From positions 67,270,001-67,334,000 of the forward strand of contig CM097885.1 of NCBI GenBank assembly GCA_044892525.1: a stretch of 64,000 bases of DNA, read 5' to 3'. This document shows positions 29,001-43,327 of the stretch, one piece after another (positions within the stretch are counted from its first letter, which is position 1; each line of letters opens with the position of its first letter). The stretch is from Schmidtea polychroa (Eukaryota). Under the pieces are notes generated by a model that worked only from the letters and a program-made list of their open reading frames with translations, was not told the DNA's origin and searched no databases. Both the position numbers and the translations under genes were made by a program.

Positions 29001-32000
29001 AATGCCTTATTAATATCATCACGTTTACGATTTTTGGTTCTAGCATCATTTGGTTCAACATCACCATCAGAGGCAGAAAGTTCATCGGAAATCGAGCTAT
29101 ATTCATTTTCACTGGTATCACTTTGATCATCATTATTTACAATATCTTTTTCCGTTTTTTTATAAATTACATCAATAACAGCTAAATGTATACCATGATT
29201 ATAACATAACTGGTGAATATATTCGGATAATATTCCAAATCTTACCAAGACGGCAGCACCATCTGTGGTCGATACCAAAATCTAGTAGCTTTGAATTTAC
29301 CAATTCCTCTGTTTTTTCAGATGTACAACTTCCTTCGATTGCCACTAATCCTAAGTTTATATATTTAGTATCAAAATGAACATTTATATTGAGGTAGTGC
29401 CGGTTTCGTAAACTAGTCCATTCATCTAATGTAACACTGAATTTACCACAAAGATCTTTATGCGATTGAATTTTTGCTACCACCTCACTTTTTGCAGACT
29501 TATAAAAGTCATGAATTAATTTGTCTTTGGGGCGTGGTTCTTGTTGTTATCCCATTCTGAGTTCTTTAGTTCTTCAAACAATGCGCCATAATCAACATCG
29601 TCTTGTTGATCCCCATTGTCAATAGTTTTTTCCCATAAATTTACATAATTTTCAGATGAATAATCTATTGTAAAATCACTGGAATCTTCGTTTACAATCA
29701 TAATAGGGTTTAAAAATTGAAAAATAATTAAAATTATTGACTATTTTTAGGAAATCATTTTTTGAATATAAAGGAAATATTTTATCATCAAAACACACCA
29801 TGAAAAAAATTTACAAGGCCGTTTCATAATTATTTTCATTTTTTATAATATTTTACCTTACCAAAATTCACTGGACATCATATGATGTCCAGGGGTTTGG
29901 GGTTAGAAAATTCAGAACATCATATGATGTACAGAGTAGTTAAAGGGTTAATAAATCCAATACCAAGAGAAATTAAAACTACCGTATCTATCAAAGGAAT
30001 TCCCACGGAGTTGTATGCTATTTTTAATTTATTGTTCAGGTTTACTTGTTGCTAATTTATTAAATGCATTTTCATAAACAATTAACATACAATAATTTAC
30101 TAGAATTTACCCGTATCTGTCAGCGATTCATCAATACTTTTTAATTTTAATTGACAACTTAGCATTATTATTTTGTTACTATTTGAAATCAACTTTCCCT
30201 ATTATTTGATGCATAATTTGTTCAATGTCATTAAGTAGATCTTTTATAACTGCTACATGTTTTTGTAAATATTTTACGAATTCATTTATTATAAGAATTA
30301 AAAGAATACATTTGTTTAAACCTTTAGATGGAGATGCAGATAAATCCGAATACTATTGAATAGACCTTGTTTTTAATATCTACTGAATGTATTATGTTCA
30401 CTTGGTCGTTCTACATGTGTTTCAAATTTTCAAATTACTATTATATCATATATCTTTGTTTTTACGGATAATTGACACATTTTCTGACTTTTTATGAAAT
30501 TTACTTCCGTACTTAATATAGTTATAATTCACTTGAAAAAGGCAGTGCTGAAAATTCGTGAATATCAAAAACATCGATATATTTACTGATTCATAGTCAA
30601 GCTTTTTAATAAATACAATGGAAAAGAAATCAGTGGTGAAATTTGAAAAAAAAGTTGTTATAATAATTATTTCATTTTATAATTTTAATTATTATAATGC
30701 AATTAAAACAAAAAAATACAAACAATATCAAATAATACTTCTTATTTGTTTATTATTTTAATAATTATTTTAATAACTTCTGTAATTATTATACAAAATA
30801 TATTGTCTACTTTGAAATCGTTACAGACATCTATAATACTCTGCCAACATATCCTAAATGAAAATTTGTTTATTTCCTATATTTTGTCGAGTATAACTTA
30901 TTAGAATGCTGTATATAATCTCATTACAATATTCGGGTTGCAGTTACAAGTGGGGAAATTTCATTCGAAATTTATTCCGTCTTTTATCCCTATAAGAGAT
31001 AAATCTTACATTGAATGTTTAAATATTTGGAAAATAATATTCCACTTTTATTATTGAAATGAGAGAAGCTTAATCAAGATGAATGAAATGTAATTTAATT
31101 TTATTTCAGCAAAGCATATAAGTAGAACTTCAAAATTCTGTGGGAATATGTTTCAATCTCTCTAGAATGAGCGTAGACTAATTAAAAATCTGATTATTTT
31201 TGCGTGTCGTAAAATGATTTTTAGAATATTATTTCATTTAGTAAATTATTTGTATATTTATACTATTACGAGAATGAGTTTTAAAACTCAACATTTTCCA
31301 GTTACTTCATTCCATCCCTATTAGACTTACCGTATATACTCGCGTATAAGTCGAGTAAATTTTAAGAGGTTTTTAAGTCCTAAATTGGAAACCCGCGTAT
31401 AAGTCGAAGTAACAAAAATAAAAAAAAGGTTTAATGATTTCATTAAAAATTAATTTGTACGTTTTTTGACCCGCGTATAAGTCGAAGTGGCTATTTTGAC
31501 TTGAAAATTTGACGTAAAATTCTCGACTTATACGCGAGTATATACGGTAATAATTATGTATAAGTTGGTGCACACTAGTTGAAGTGAGTCACCATTTACG
31601 TTTAAATGAAGTTATTCAATTTCTTAAAAATGGTTTTCAGGTAATTTTTTTAATTTCAAGTAACTTTTAAGACTTGAATTTTGATTTTATATAATTATGA
31701 GATCATTATAAAAAATCATTCTTAAATATTACCTTTTTCACGGATATTAAATTATTTGTTAGGAATCGAAAAATTGAAATTTTGGAGGCCGTGCAATTTT
31801 GTTGGAATAGGAAAATTAGCATTTCTTCTAAAGTGGAATAAAAATTGGCTTCGACGAAATCCAATAAATTATTTCCCTGTTCTTCTGAAATAATTTGTTT
31901 TCTGCCACCTCTTTTCCCTTTGCTAACTGCCTCATATTTTTTATATTTATAAATGATTGCTTTAATTGAAGGTTTGGTCATTCCTAGTAATCTTCCAAAT

Positions 32001-35000
32001 TCTTGGTAATTTTCCCCATTCCCAAAGGCATTAATAAACCGAATTTTGTCATTTTCTGTATATCTATGAAAATATTAATTTATTAAAATAATTTATTTAA
32101 ATTTACGATTTGCGAATTTCTTTCTGTAAATCAAAAGAGGTCGAAGGACCTCCTTCAATATTTGAAATGCTACCTTCACACATACTGTAAAATATTTTAA
32201 TGTTTTGTAATTTAATGAATAAATCTTACATTGTATTTTCTTCTTTTTCTCTTAAGCTCAAGGTAGAGCTGTCGGATTCTAAATTAAAAGTATTTTCTTT
32301 TAATAATTTTTTAATAATTTCAAAATAACTATATTTTAACAATATTTTAACGGTTATTTATTTCGGAACAAAAAACACTAAGAAATTTGCATGCATTTTT
32401 CATTGTGTGTTTTTGTGTTGGTGTGTTCAATTATTTTTCTTTCACCTTCACAAATTCTATACAATTCTATAGGAACAATAAATTTCTACACACAGGTAAA
32501 TGAGTGTGTTCCTATACTGTAAATTTATTGATTTTTTTAGATTATAGAAGTTACTAAATTTCGGAATTAGGTGTATCTATTGCAATTTGTAATACCGCCC
32601 ACAAATTTCTTGCCTTTCTGTGACATCAAGGTGTGCAAAATTATGAAAAAAATTTAGATTGGCTGTGCACACATTCTTGAGTACTTCCAGATTTATGTAG
32701 ATTATTTTGAATTAAATTAAATTTGTTTTCTAGAATTATTTTATTTTCAGTATACACACATTTGTAATTTGTCACTTTGCGCATTAGTTGTCATCGTGCA
32801 TTTTATTGATTGTTTAAAACAATCAAGTTATTTAATAATTTTCTTTTTTATTTCGTTTTAGGGAGATTTTTTCACTATATTTATTTAATTATTTTTTCTT
32901 ATTTTCCTTCTTGATTTCTGTACTTATTTGTCATAGCTCCTTCGTGTGCAAATTCGACTGATAACATTCCTTATTAATTTGATAGTGGTCCTTCATATGT
33001 AAATACGACCAATAATCATTCTTAATTTCTCATCTTATTAATTTGTTCTTTCATTTATTATTCTCTTTTCGAGTTGGCAGATTTTTCGAATGCATTGTTT
33101 TTCCCTTAGCAGTGTTGTTTATAGTAATTCCTTGTGTTTGTCATTTGTTTTCCTCGTTTCGTTGTCAATAAAGTCAAGAAATCGCATCACAAAAAAATGA
33201 TGCAATACTAGATGTGTATATGTAATTATTGTGATATTTTTGGCAATCACAAACCAAATTACAAATTTATTTTCTGTTATAAAAAGTTCTGTCTACTTGG
33301 AAAGTAATGGGAGAGCTGTGGGCTTAAGTGCTCATTCTACTACATAGCTTTAAATTGATTTACAAAAACTAGCCCTACATTTCTAACATTTTCGAGGACT
33401 AGGCCTGCTGGTTGAGAAACACTGATATATTATATGTATAAAATAAAAGTATACTTGGTGATAATTATGTATTTTCATTTTCTGTACTTTGCCTAAATCC
33501 AGCAAAAGAAATTCTTCCCGCATTTCCTTGCGAAATTGATCAGCCTATTCTAAAGCGTCGGCGTTACTATGATATTCATCTTTTCTCTATTGTATTTCCA
33601 TGTCTAAACTGCTAGGATGATCCATGTTTGAAATTGAGGAGTGATAGCTTTCTTAGTTTTCATCATAAATGTAATAGCTTTGTGATCTGTTCTTCGTATA
33701 AAACCTTTACCATATAAATAATTCTTAAAATGATTCGTAAACTTAAATATAGATAACAATTTTTTTCGCTTAATTAATGTTTATTCGTGGTCCGAGATCC
33801 ATTCGCAAAGTCTTTTTCTTTATTTCCTGTTTGAGATAATACAGCACCGATGCAATCAAAGCTAGCATCTGTATCCAATATGAACGGCTTAGTAAAATCT
33901 GGAAATTTTAAAACAGGTATAGACGTTAATTTTAGTTTTAAATTTTGAAAAGAACTTTCACAGTCATCTGTCCACAGTAGTTTCTTTTGTTTACTACCAC
34001 ATAGCGCTTCTAATACTTTTGAGTCTTTTGTAATATTTTCTATAAATCTACGATAATAATTTGCTAGGCCTAATAATCCTCTCAAACTTTTTACATATTT
34101 AGGTCTATCAAAATTTTTAATAGTTTCTATTTTGCTTTCGTCTGTTCGTAATCCATTTTCTCCAATGACATGACCCAAAAACTTTACGTCATTCTTTTTG
34201 AATTGACATTTAGATGAGCTTATTTTTAGGTTTGCTAATTTAATATTTTGAAATACTTTTTCAAAAGTTTTATAACGTTCATCTAGTGTTTTGGAGAAGA
34301 TAAGGATATCATCAAGATAGACAATTGCTCCTTTCCAGTTCAATTTGCCAAGGACAAGATTCTTAAGTCTTTGAAATGTTGCTGGTGTAAGAGCTATCCC
34401 AAATGGCATTCTAATGAAGTACTACTGCTTGTTTTTCGTTGAGAATACGGTCTTTAACTTTTAAGCTTATTGAAGTTCTGCCTGATAATAAGCATTCCCT
34501 AGATCAATGGTTAAAAAAATTAGATCCATCTATTCTTCGGTATTTGGAATTTATTACATTATTCAAAGCACGATAATCAAAACATATTATTATATCACTA
34601 CTGTTTTTTCTTTTTAACGCATACTAATGTTGAATTCCAAGGTGATGTATTTCTTCAATCTTTCCTGTTAAATGCACTGGTTATCGTCTAGGGTTGATTA
34701 CAATTGGACTACCTTTTGTAATTATTTCCTGCTTTAATAATTCGATCTTTCCAACGTCTCATTTATATTTCATAAAAATACAGCTATAAACATTTATTAG
34801 ATTATTTAAGATTTTATCTTTACAAATATCGCTATTAAATAAATTTTCAGTAATTACATTTATATTATCTTCACATTTCTTTATCAGCAATTTAATACCA
34901 ATTTTTTTAAAAAAATCTATTCCCCCTATTAATTTTGTATTTATATCTTTGGGTACTACGAATTCCACTACTTGGATTAGAAAAATCTTATCTATTTTTA

Positions 35001-38000
35001 CTTGTTTCAAATTTCAATTGTGCTGTCGTTTGCACATCTTAACTTCAAATTACTATTGATGTTCGTTATATTTAAATCAATGACATTATTTAGTGATTGT
35101 TATAATAAATTTGAAAGTTACACTTTGTTTTTTCCATTACTCAATAGAAGCACTTTGGAATTGATGAAGAGATGTAGAAAATTAATGAAAGAAAAACTAT
35201 CAATTATTGGATTGGATATGTGTGATATAAACTGTGAAGTTGGTCTATTTCGGTTCTTGCTTAGATGGTGTTCAGATCTTCGTTTTGAATATATATGTCA
35301 TGGGTGCAATGCCACATACATTGGAAATTGATTAATATTAATAAACACAATTTTGTGAAAAATTTATTGAAATGTTGTTTGATTTCAGCTTTTGTGAATT
35401 TTAAAAGTTTTAAGATTTTAAAACTTTTATAATTTTTAAAGTTTGAATTGAAAAAACAGAATTTTGTGAATTTTTAGCGAAATTAATTTTAAAAAAATTA
35501 ATGAATTAGTTAATTAGTTTGTTTAAAAAAGAGCAATTTAGATTGATTTAGTTTGAATTTCAATTCTACCTGAAGATGACAGTGATTCTGTCGAAATATG
35601 TTGTAGTAAAATATATATATTGGATTTGGTGCTTTTCGTTATACTATTGGTAAATTGAAAATTACCAATTTTTTAAATAATACTATCATCGATAACAGTT
35701 ATCTTAGCTCCTGTGTCTAAAAAAATACTATTTTTACATTATTTATCAATACAGTGACACTCGGTCTTCTTTGCAATTTATCATATACGTTATTTTCTTC
35801 TTCGCATTTGAAAACGCTTATTTTATATAAATAATTAAATTTATGTGACGATTCTTTAAAAAATCCATCCATACAATACTTGTCAATATATATGCTACGG
35901 TCAATTCGATTATTCTTGGCATTATTAATAATGCCCGGTCATTATGAAATATGACTGGTCATTGTGAATAATGCTGGAAATTGAAAGGCCAATTTGAGAA
36001 ATTTTACGACAAACTAGGATAATTTTAATAGGTCAATATTAATACCAATATTAATACCAATATTAATATTAATAGAATATTAATTAACCGATGTTAACGG
36101 ATGTAAGTGATATGAAGCATCGTTTCGACGAACAACTGAATGAATCGTACTTATCCAAAGGTCAGAATACACAAATTCTCACAAAACTACAATACTTGGA
36201 GTTAATAGAAAAGGTAGCAACCATTTTTTCTCTTCTTAGAATTTCGTCTTTGGTTCTTCGATATTTTCTGATATTTTAAGAATATCTCACAATCTTACTC
36301 GTCTGAGTCCCTTAAACACACATTTATTCATTATATTTAAGATTTTAGAGTATACAAATAAAAATTTCCTTTATAGGGCATACCATAAAACCTTGAACGC
36401 AATGTACATCCGTATGTTACCGACCTAAAATGAGTTGAAAAAGTGTCTATTATACTTCAAATTTTGCGGTAACTCTATCTAACAAATAAAAAAGAATGTG
36501 AAAGTTAAAGAAGATTATTCGGAATTATCAATAGAATTTGTGTGAATGAAATTGCAAGTTTAATTGTTTGCATAAATTGTATTTTTATTCTCAAACTGCA
36601 AATTAATTCTTTTTCAATTAACTCATTTCCAATTAGTTTTTATGAATAATAATATATTTTATTCCATTATTTATATAAATTTAATATTTCAGATAATCAC
36701 AAAGACATCATACCTGGGTATACGATTCTAGATACTGGTTCCGGAAGGGTAAGTTTTCATCACTTCTATAAATTAATTGCAAGAAAGGCTCCTTTTTCAT
36801 TAAAATTAAATTGATATTTTTTATTGTTATACTTTTATTGAAATATGCGATGGTTAAGGCGCAGGAATAATATTTGATTCTCATACTACATATGCACATA
36901 AGACAGGAACCCATAAAACGTTCCGCATTGTCCAAGCCAACTCATAACCTTTCATGCAGATGTGCTCGGGTTGAGTCGGATAAATCTTGAATTACCAGAT
37001 CTGCATTTGAAACGTGTAATTGTGAACAATTTGGTTCGGGAATGAAATTTTCAAAAGATACATTACGTAACAGGATGATTGTCAAAAATTTGAAAAGTGA
37101 ATTAAGAAATTTTTATTAAAAATCTTAATGATAATTGAATATTATTATATTTGCGACCGGCGTCTCTTTATTCATGACTTGCTGGTCATCTGTTTCATGG
37201 TCTGTGAATGTCTCTGCACTAGATATTTTATGTTATTTGTTTTGCATGAGATGTTTTTTTGCTTTTTGTTTATATGTTCTTCAATTACCAATTAGTAAAT
37301 TTTATTTAAAGATTTTTCCAATTTACAAGTTGAAACATAAAAAAGAGTCGCAAATCCTTTATTTTACACTTCATTCAGAGAATATTTTTTCAAGTATTTT
37401 CCTTCGTTAAATTTTTTGATTTCTGGTTAGAGAAGAAATTTGTGTGTTTCATATGCAATTCTGTTTAGCACTTTTATTCAAACTAATTAATTTATATTGT
37501 ATGTATAAAAATGACAAAAATATATCAAAATAAAAATCTAGTGAATCCTTCTAAATTTCATCAAATTTTTCGTGAGTTTTCAGAATAAGTGAAAAAATTT
37601 TTAATATTTGTCAATTATAATTCAGATTTTTCTCTAAATTTTCAGTGAAATCGATTCTGTTTAATTAAATCTGAATTTTACAATGAAAAAATTATTTTGT
37701 ACAATGCCATTTTACCATTGTCGTGTTTGTGATGTCCGTTAGGTGAAAGATCAAGGTAGTTTTGCCATTTTAGTGCAGATTGTAATAAGATATAATTTGA
37801 TATTAAAATCCAAGATTTATTTATAAAATCTGCTGATTGACATTGATCGATTTGATCGGTTTCTTCAACTTCAGCAACTTCTTCTGATGATTCTATTTCT
37901 TCATCAACTTCAATGATGTTGTTGAATTTAATTTGTGAATTTCGGAAAGTAAAATTAAAGTATATATATTAACAAATATATTTTAATTACTTATTATAAT

Positions 38001-41000
38001 ATTTAATTTTAATATATTAATATCTTATAAATAATAATAAATTTTGTATGATAATTCTGATATTGTGACCAGCACATAAATTATGTCGTCAAATGTAAAA
38101 TATCGCAGTGTCATCAAGTCCCTTGTTTTGAAAGGCATTGAGAATAAATTAGAATAAATCATTCAACACCTACAGTCGATTTACAGCTGGATTGGAGAGT
38201 TTCCGATGAAAAATGACAATTGTATCAGAAAATGGTTCTCTCTGAATGCAGAATCAGTATCAGCTAACTAGCGAAACGTCTCTACATATCAGTACTTTCC
38301 CTACTCATTGCATCTTAAAGGATTTTGGCATCAGGAAACTCTGTTCGCTCTTTGTTCCTAGATTCATTAATGGTAAAATTGCTGCTCATTGCCTGGCTTG
38401 ATGGATATTAAAATATGGCGATGCTTTTCTTCAAAACATTGTAGACTTGAATTCCAAGTGAATCAGCCATACGCAAGCTCCTCAGTGGTGCATTGCATGG
38501 ACGGGCTGCCATTCTGACTGTGTTCTGGAACATTCGCGGCATCAATAAAATGGAATTTCTGGATCGTAAAGCCACAATGAACTCCCAATATTATAATGAA
38601 CTCATGCGTATTGTGCGGAAACGTCGATGAAATTCTCCAAGCCTGTGTCTCTGGTTGTTGCATGACAACACTCCAATTTATACTTACTTTCTCTCCACGA
38701 CCACAACAGAAGAGGTGCATTTCATATTGTAGTGCACCCTCCATACAGCCTGGATCTTGCTCCCAGTGATTTTGTGCTATTCCGTCATCTCAAAAACATC
38801 TAAAAGATCACCATTTTTAATCCGATCTTTCTTGATCCAAATTTCTTCGAAAATGCATTTGTGGAGCTTCTTTGTCGCTGTTAGAGATATGTGGAGGAAA
38901 ATTGCTTTTATATTGAGAAATGATCTATTGTTGGAGTATGTAACTGTAATAAAAATTTGAAACTGATTTGACTTTTTAATCTTGCCGAGTTCAGACTTAC
39001 CTAATACACCACGTATTCAAAGTCAATGTCGAATTTACCCTTGTACTTTGAAATTTAGGTCTTCTTTATCTGTATTTTTTCTCAGAAAAAAAAGGAGCAC
39101 ATAATATAACTAAATAATAACAAAAATAATTTTTTAAAAATTGTTAAAAAACAGCATACGAGTAGCAAAACATTTGTTATTTTATATTTTATAAAAATTT
39201 TAATTATACAATGCTTTTAAATATCCCTAATTACATATAAATATGTTGTTGAAAAAATGTTTTATATGTATTTTATTTTTTGAATTTATTGAATTCTTTT
39301 TATATTCATCTAGATATATTAATATTAGTACCTTTAGAATTACTTTAATATTTTTCATATGCAATTCAACAAATGCAACATCCTTTTCAAAATGAAATTC
39401 CTGAAAAAATACCAAAGTTTTACTCAGGGGTTCAAAATACAAAAATGTTTTTAAAAAAATAATAATAGACTTCTCGGACTTATAATCCCTTTTTTATTAT
39501 ACTTGTTCATGGAAGTGTCTCGAAATTAGTTTTTATATGAAAATTTGAAGTCACAAGTATAAATAGTTTTGCATTTGATCTGAGTTCACTTGAACAGAAC
39601 TTTTTTTTAATAAAAATAAAAAATATTTTTTAAAATTAAGATCTTCGATCTTACATTTTTGGTGTTTCGTGAGCTGCATTTAAATAGCTCGAGGACAGCA
39701 TTTGGCCCGCGAGCCACACTTTTTGAGCCTTAACCACCAATAAAGTTTTTAATTGATTTTACATCTCAGCATCAACTGTTCTGACTATTTCTATTTTTGT
39801 AAAACCCCTTATAATTTTCCGCTTCAAATGTTTTTAAATAAATAATTCCCCAGGAAATTATTAAAGGTTTTACGTAATGTCTTAATTGTATACAAATAAG
39901 TACAAATTAGCGTTGTTTTAATTTAAAAAATCTTGATACGACTACCTAAAATATAAATCCGGTTTTGAACATTTGAATTAAATTTTTAATTTTATAACAT
40001 TGGCAAATATTTCTGAAATTTTATTTTTATATTTGTACAATAAAATATTTATTGTTATTATTTTATTAATTTTTGTTTAAATTAATATATATAAAAAAAT
40101 CAAAATTTTCAATTTTTGTTTTAATTTTTTATCTATTTTTTGATATTGAATTAAATTTTTTATTTATCTAAATAAAAAATTTGGAAACATTTTTTAAAGA
40201 GCCTTATAATTCTTATCACATATGCTCCAAATTTCATAATATGTGTTACTGATTGTGGGTTTAGGATATTCTCTCCTTCCCTCTATGTTTCCTTTGGGTA
40301 TTGAATATATGCTCTTGAAAAAAATAAATCCTATAATATAGCCAATAAATATTTCTGTTGTTTTATTCAACTGTTAAATGAACTGTTAAATCGGTTTACA
40401 GTTACAATTGAACTGGTGAAATGCTATTTTCCTTGTGATCGTGATCCCAACTGATTCTATATTCAAAACAACAGTAACAATAATTATCTCATTTGGTGAT
40501 ATATTCCAATTATCTCCACAAAGAAATATTAATTATTCCCAATGGAGAAATTCTTAAACCACACGTCAATTTCACTGTTATTTTTTTCTGTTGTTTTAAC
40601 TAAGTAGTTGGGAACAGTTCCATTAATTAGCAACAGGAAAGACTTTTGATGGGAAATATTTTTGTATTATTAAGAAGGAAATATCCCAATAAGCGATTTG
40701 TTTAATAAGTAATTAACGCATTTAATTATATTTACATAATGAATTTATCATTGACAATTTAGTTTTCATTTCTTGTCCTTGTCCTCGTTGTTGTCGTGCT
40801 GATTTGTAGCATGCACTCATTGGTAGAATTCTATGATGACGAAAAATCGATGTCGTGTTAGTGTGTTTATGCGGAACCAATCTGAATTTGAGTCGTTTTG
40901 CTTTTGTATCTATTTGTCTGTGTGTTGTTGAGTGGGTGGATAGATGGATATCATTCTCATTTTTCTCCTTTGAGATTTTTTGATGAAAACAAAATGATTT

Positions 41001-43296
41001 TAGTGTAGGTTGTATCTCCAATGGGAATTGACTTTGCTGTTGACTTGTATGCGTGATTTATGCGTTAGAATTCATTCGTATCTATTAATTCTATTTATAT
41101 GCTTCTTCCTGAATATGACGTAATGAATATTCATTTTCATTGTAACTTGGTGAAATATTTATGGTATGTTGATAATTATTTTCATCAATTACATAATCAT
41201 ATGGAGGGAGCAGTCGACCCGGGTTACATAATCCATGGGCAGGGTGAAATTATCTTTAAAAAAATTGTTTCTTTTGTTATATTTTTCGAAATCTCTACAA
41301 AATTTTAGATATTTCGTTAACCACTCCTTTATTAAATCTTTATACTACAATTCTATTAAAATATCAATTAACAAAGGGTCTTCTGGTCGTGGGCGTCCGC
41401 AGGAATTTTTCCAAGGGGGGAGGGGCAAAAATATTTTTTTTACCAAGTAGACAATTTTTCTAAGTGGGAAGAGAGTTGACAAAAAATGCATGTGTATAAT
41501 AAATATTTGGGGACTTTTTTTCGTTTATTTGCAAAATAGAACTTTTTTTTATTAATTTACAAAATAGAACACTTTTAAAACCAGAACGTCAGTTAATATT
41601 GAAAGTTTTTATACAAATAAGATGATTTGAAATCATTGATTTCCAGATATAATTAATAACATTAAAAAAACAGGAAGCCTCTTTCAATTAAATTTTTTTA
41701 TTAAATTTTTTTGTCTTGCGTTTTTCCAACATTGTTTGAGCGCATCTATTAAAATGTGTTTAAATTAATCAAAAAATAGAATTTATTTCGGAAATTCAGG
41801 GGGGGCAAGTGGGGGCCCTTTCGGACGCCCATGCTTCTGGTAGTTTCAGCTACTCGTCCTGCGGTAAACTGCCTAGTTACGTCACTAAATGGGACCAAAT
41901 CACCTTGACAGAAAAAAATACAATGGAAAAAATTAGCTTTTTTTATTGTTATTGATCAGTTTGTGGCGGTGAGATTAAAAGAATTAATTTTTTTAGATAA
42001 TATCGATGAGTCTGAAACTGTCACGTATAATTTGAATATATCGACTTTTTCAAATTTGAATATAAATTTAAAGAATTGAAATATATTAATTAAATTACAA
42101 CCAAAATGTGTTTAAATAAAGGTGACATATTTGTTTCAGTTTTGTCAATAACACACTTTTAATTTTGAAACAAACAATCATTATTTCTGTGACCATCAAA
42201 AATTCAATCTATAAAACCTTCCATCGTTGCGATTCGGGTACAAAACAGATCGCGCCTCAGTTCTGTCAAATGCACCTCAAGATATAAACAGATTTAACCA
42301 ACATGTTTTAGAATGTTCATTATCATCGACCTAATCTACTCGATTTGTTCGTCATCGAATTCTGTATACTTTACTATCTACAGAAGTTAATCAACTCGCT
42401 GCAAAAACAGATTACATTTCGGTTCTATCAAATCTACCTATCAAAACATATGTTTTGGAATGTTCCTCATCATCAGGCTAATCTGCTGGATGTTCTTGTC
42501 ATTCAACCCGGTATGCTTGAATCAATGCATCCACAGAAGTTAATCAACTCATTGTTTAGTTTAATACTAATTCTGTCTAGTTCACTGACGTCGAGGCTGA
42601 TCAAATGTCTTTGCATATATTCAACTGATCACGAAGAAAATACCTATACGAATAAACTTTGGAGATTTCTTTTACTTATTAGTCATCTTGACTACATAAT
42701 TTTATGTCCCAGTTGCAAAATATCTTAGCCTACGCCTCAGTTCTTGTGCTATTTCTATCGTCGAATGCTTATAAGCATTTATCAAAAGAAAAAATATTAT
42801 TTTGCATGATCTCTTATGTAATTTTATTAGCTTACGTGCTGCTCTCTCATTATGTTGTGTAAGGATTTGTAGAAACGACCAAGTTTATTTCCCACTTTCA
42901 TCAAAATTTCAAACTGATATTCAGCATCAATTAAATGTTTACTTCATTTTATAATCATGAACGGTTTCACTTTTATTCAAAATTTCTCATAAGCTTATAT
43001 TTTGTTAAGTGAAAATTTCCATCATTTTTTGCAGCTTTGTCTCACTCATGTCACTGATTTTGCTATAAATAATGCAAAATAAAAATCGGATCATTTAGTA
43101 AAATAAATATTTCTACTTTGCGCTGAAAATGATGCAGATTAAAAATTTTTTGAGTCGTAAATCTAGTTATTGAGGAGCTATTTGTTTCTAGGACTCATGG
43201 GGGTGGCCGGACAAAATGTCATATGTCGTTGAGTGTGACCAGTACCCATAGGGGGACAAAATATTTTGTCGGATAAACTCTGAGTATATATATAAT

Positions 43297-43327
<31 letters not shown>

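Larger units (their letters stand above)
25581..29720 (-). mobile_element. Older, decayed hAT related to the 21378 element, interrupted by pogo; 5' end lost
   Basis: Terminus TAGAGGGTGC with TTCCCG/CGGGAA subterminal repeats at 25581. Motifs [36 protein letters not shown]. The frame continues across the excised pogo. Confidence 0.85.

Noticed and set aside
30905-31190. Peptides [16 protein letters not shown] and [10 protein letters not shown] resembling SEA-domain parts
   Set aside because: In-frame stops and no consistent splice phases; better-fitting exons exist at 20768 and 36693.
31390-31490. Repeated ACCCGCGTATAAGTCGAAGT with a spacer, superficially CRISPR-like
   Set aside because: Internal copies of the TIR of a pogo MITE in a eukaryotic genome; only two units and no cas genes.
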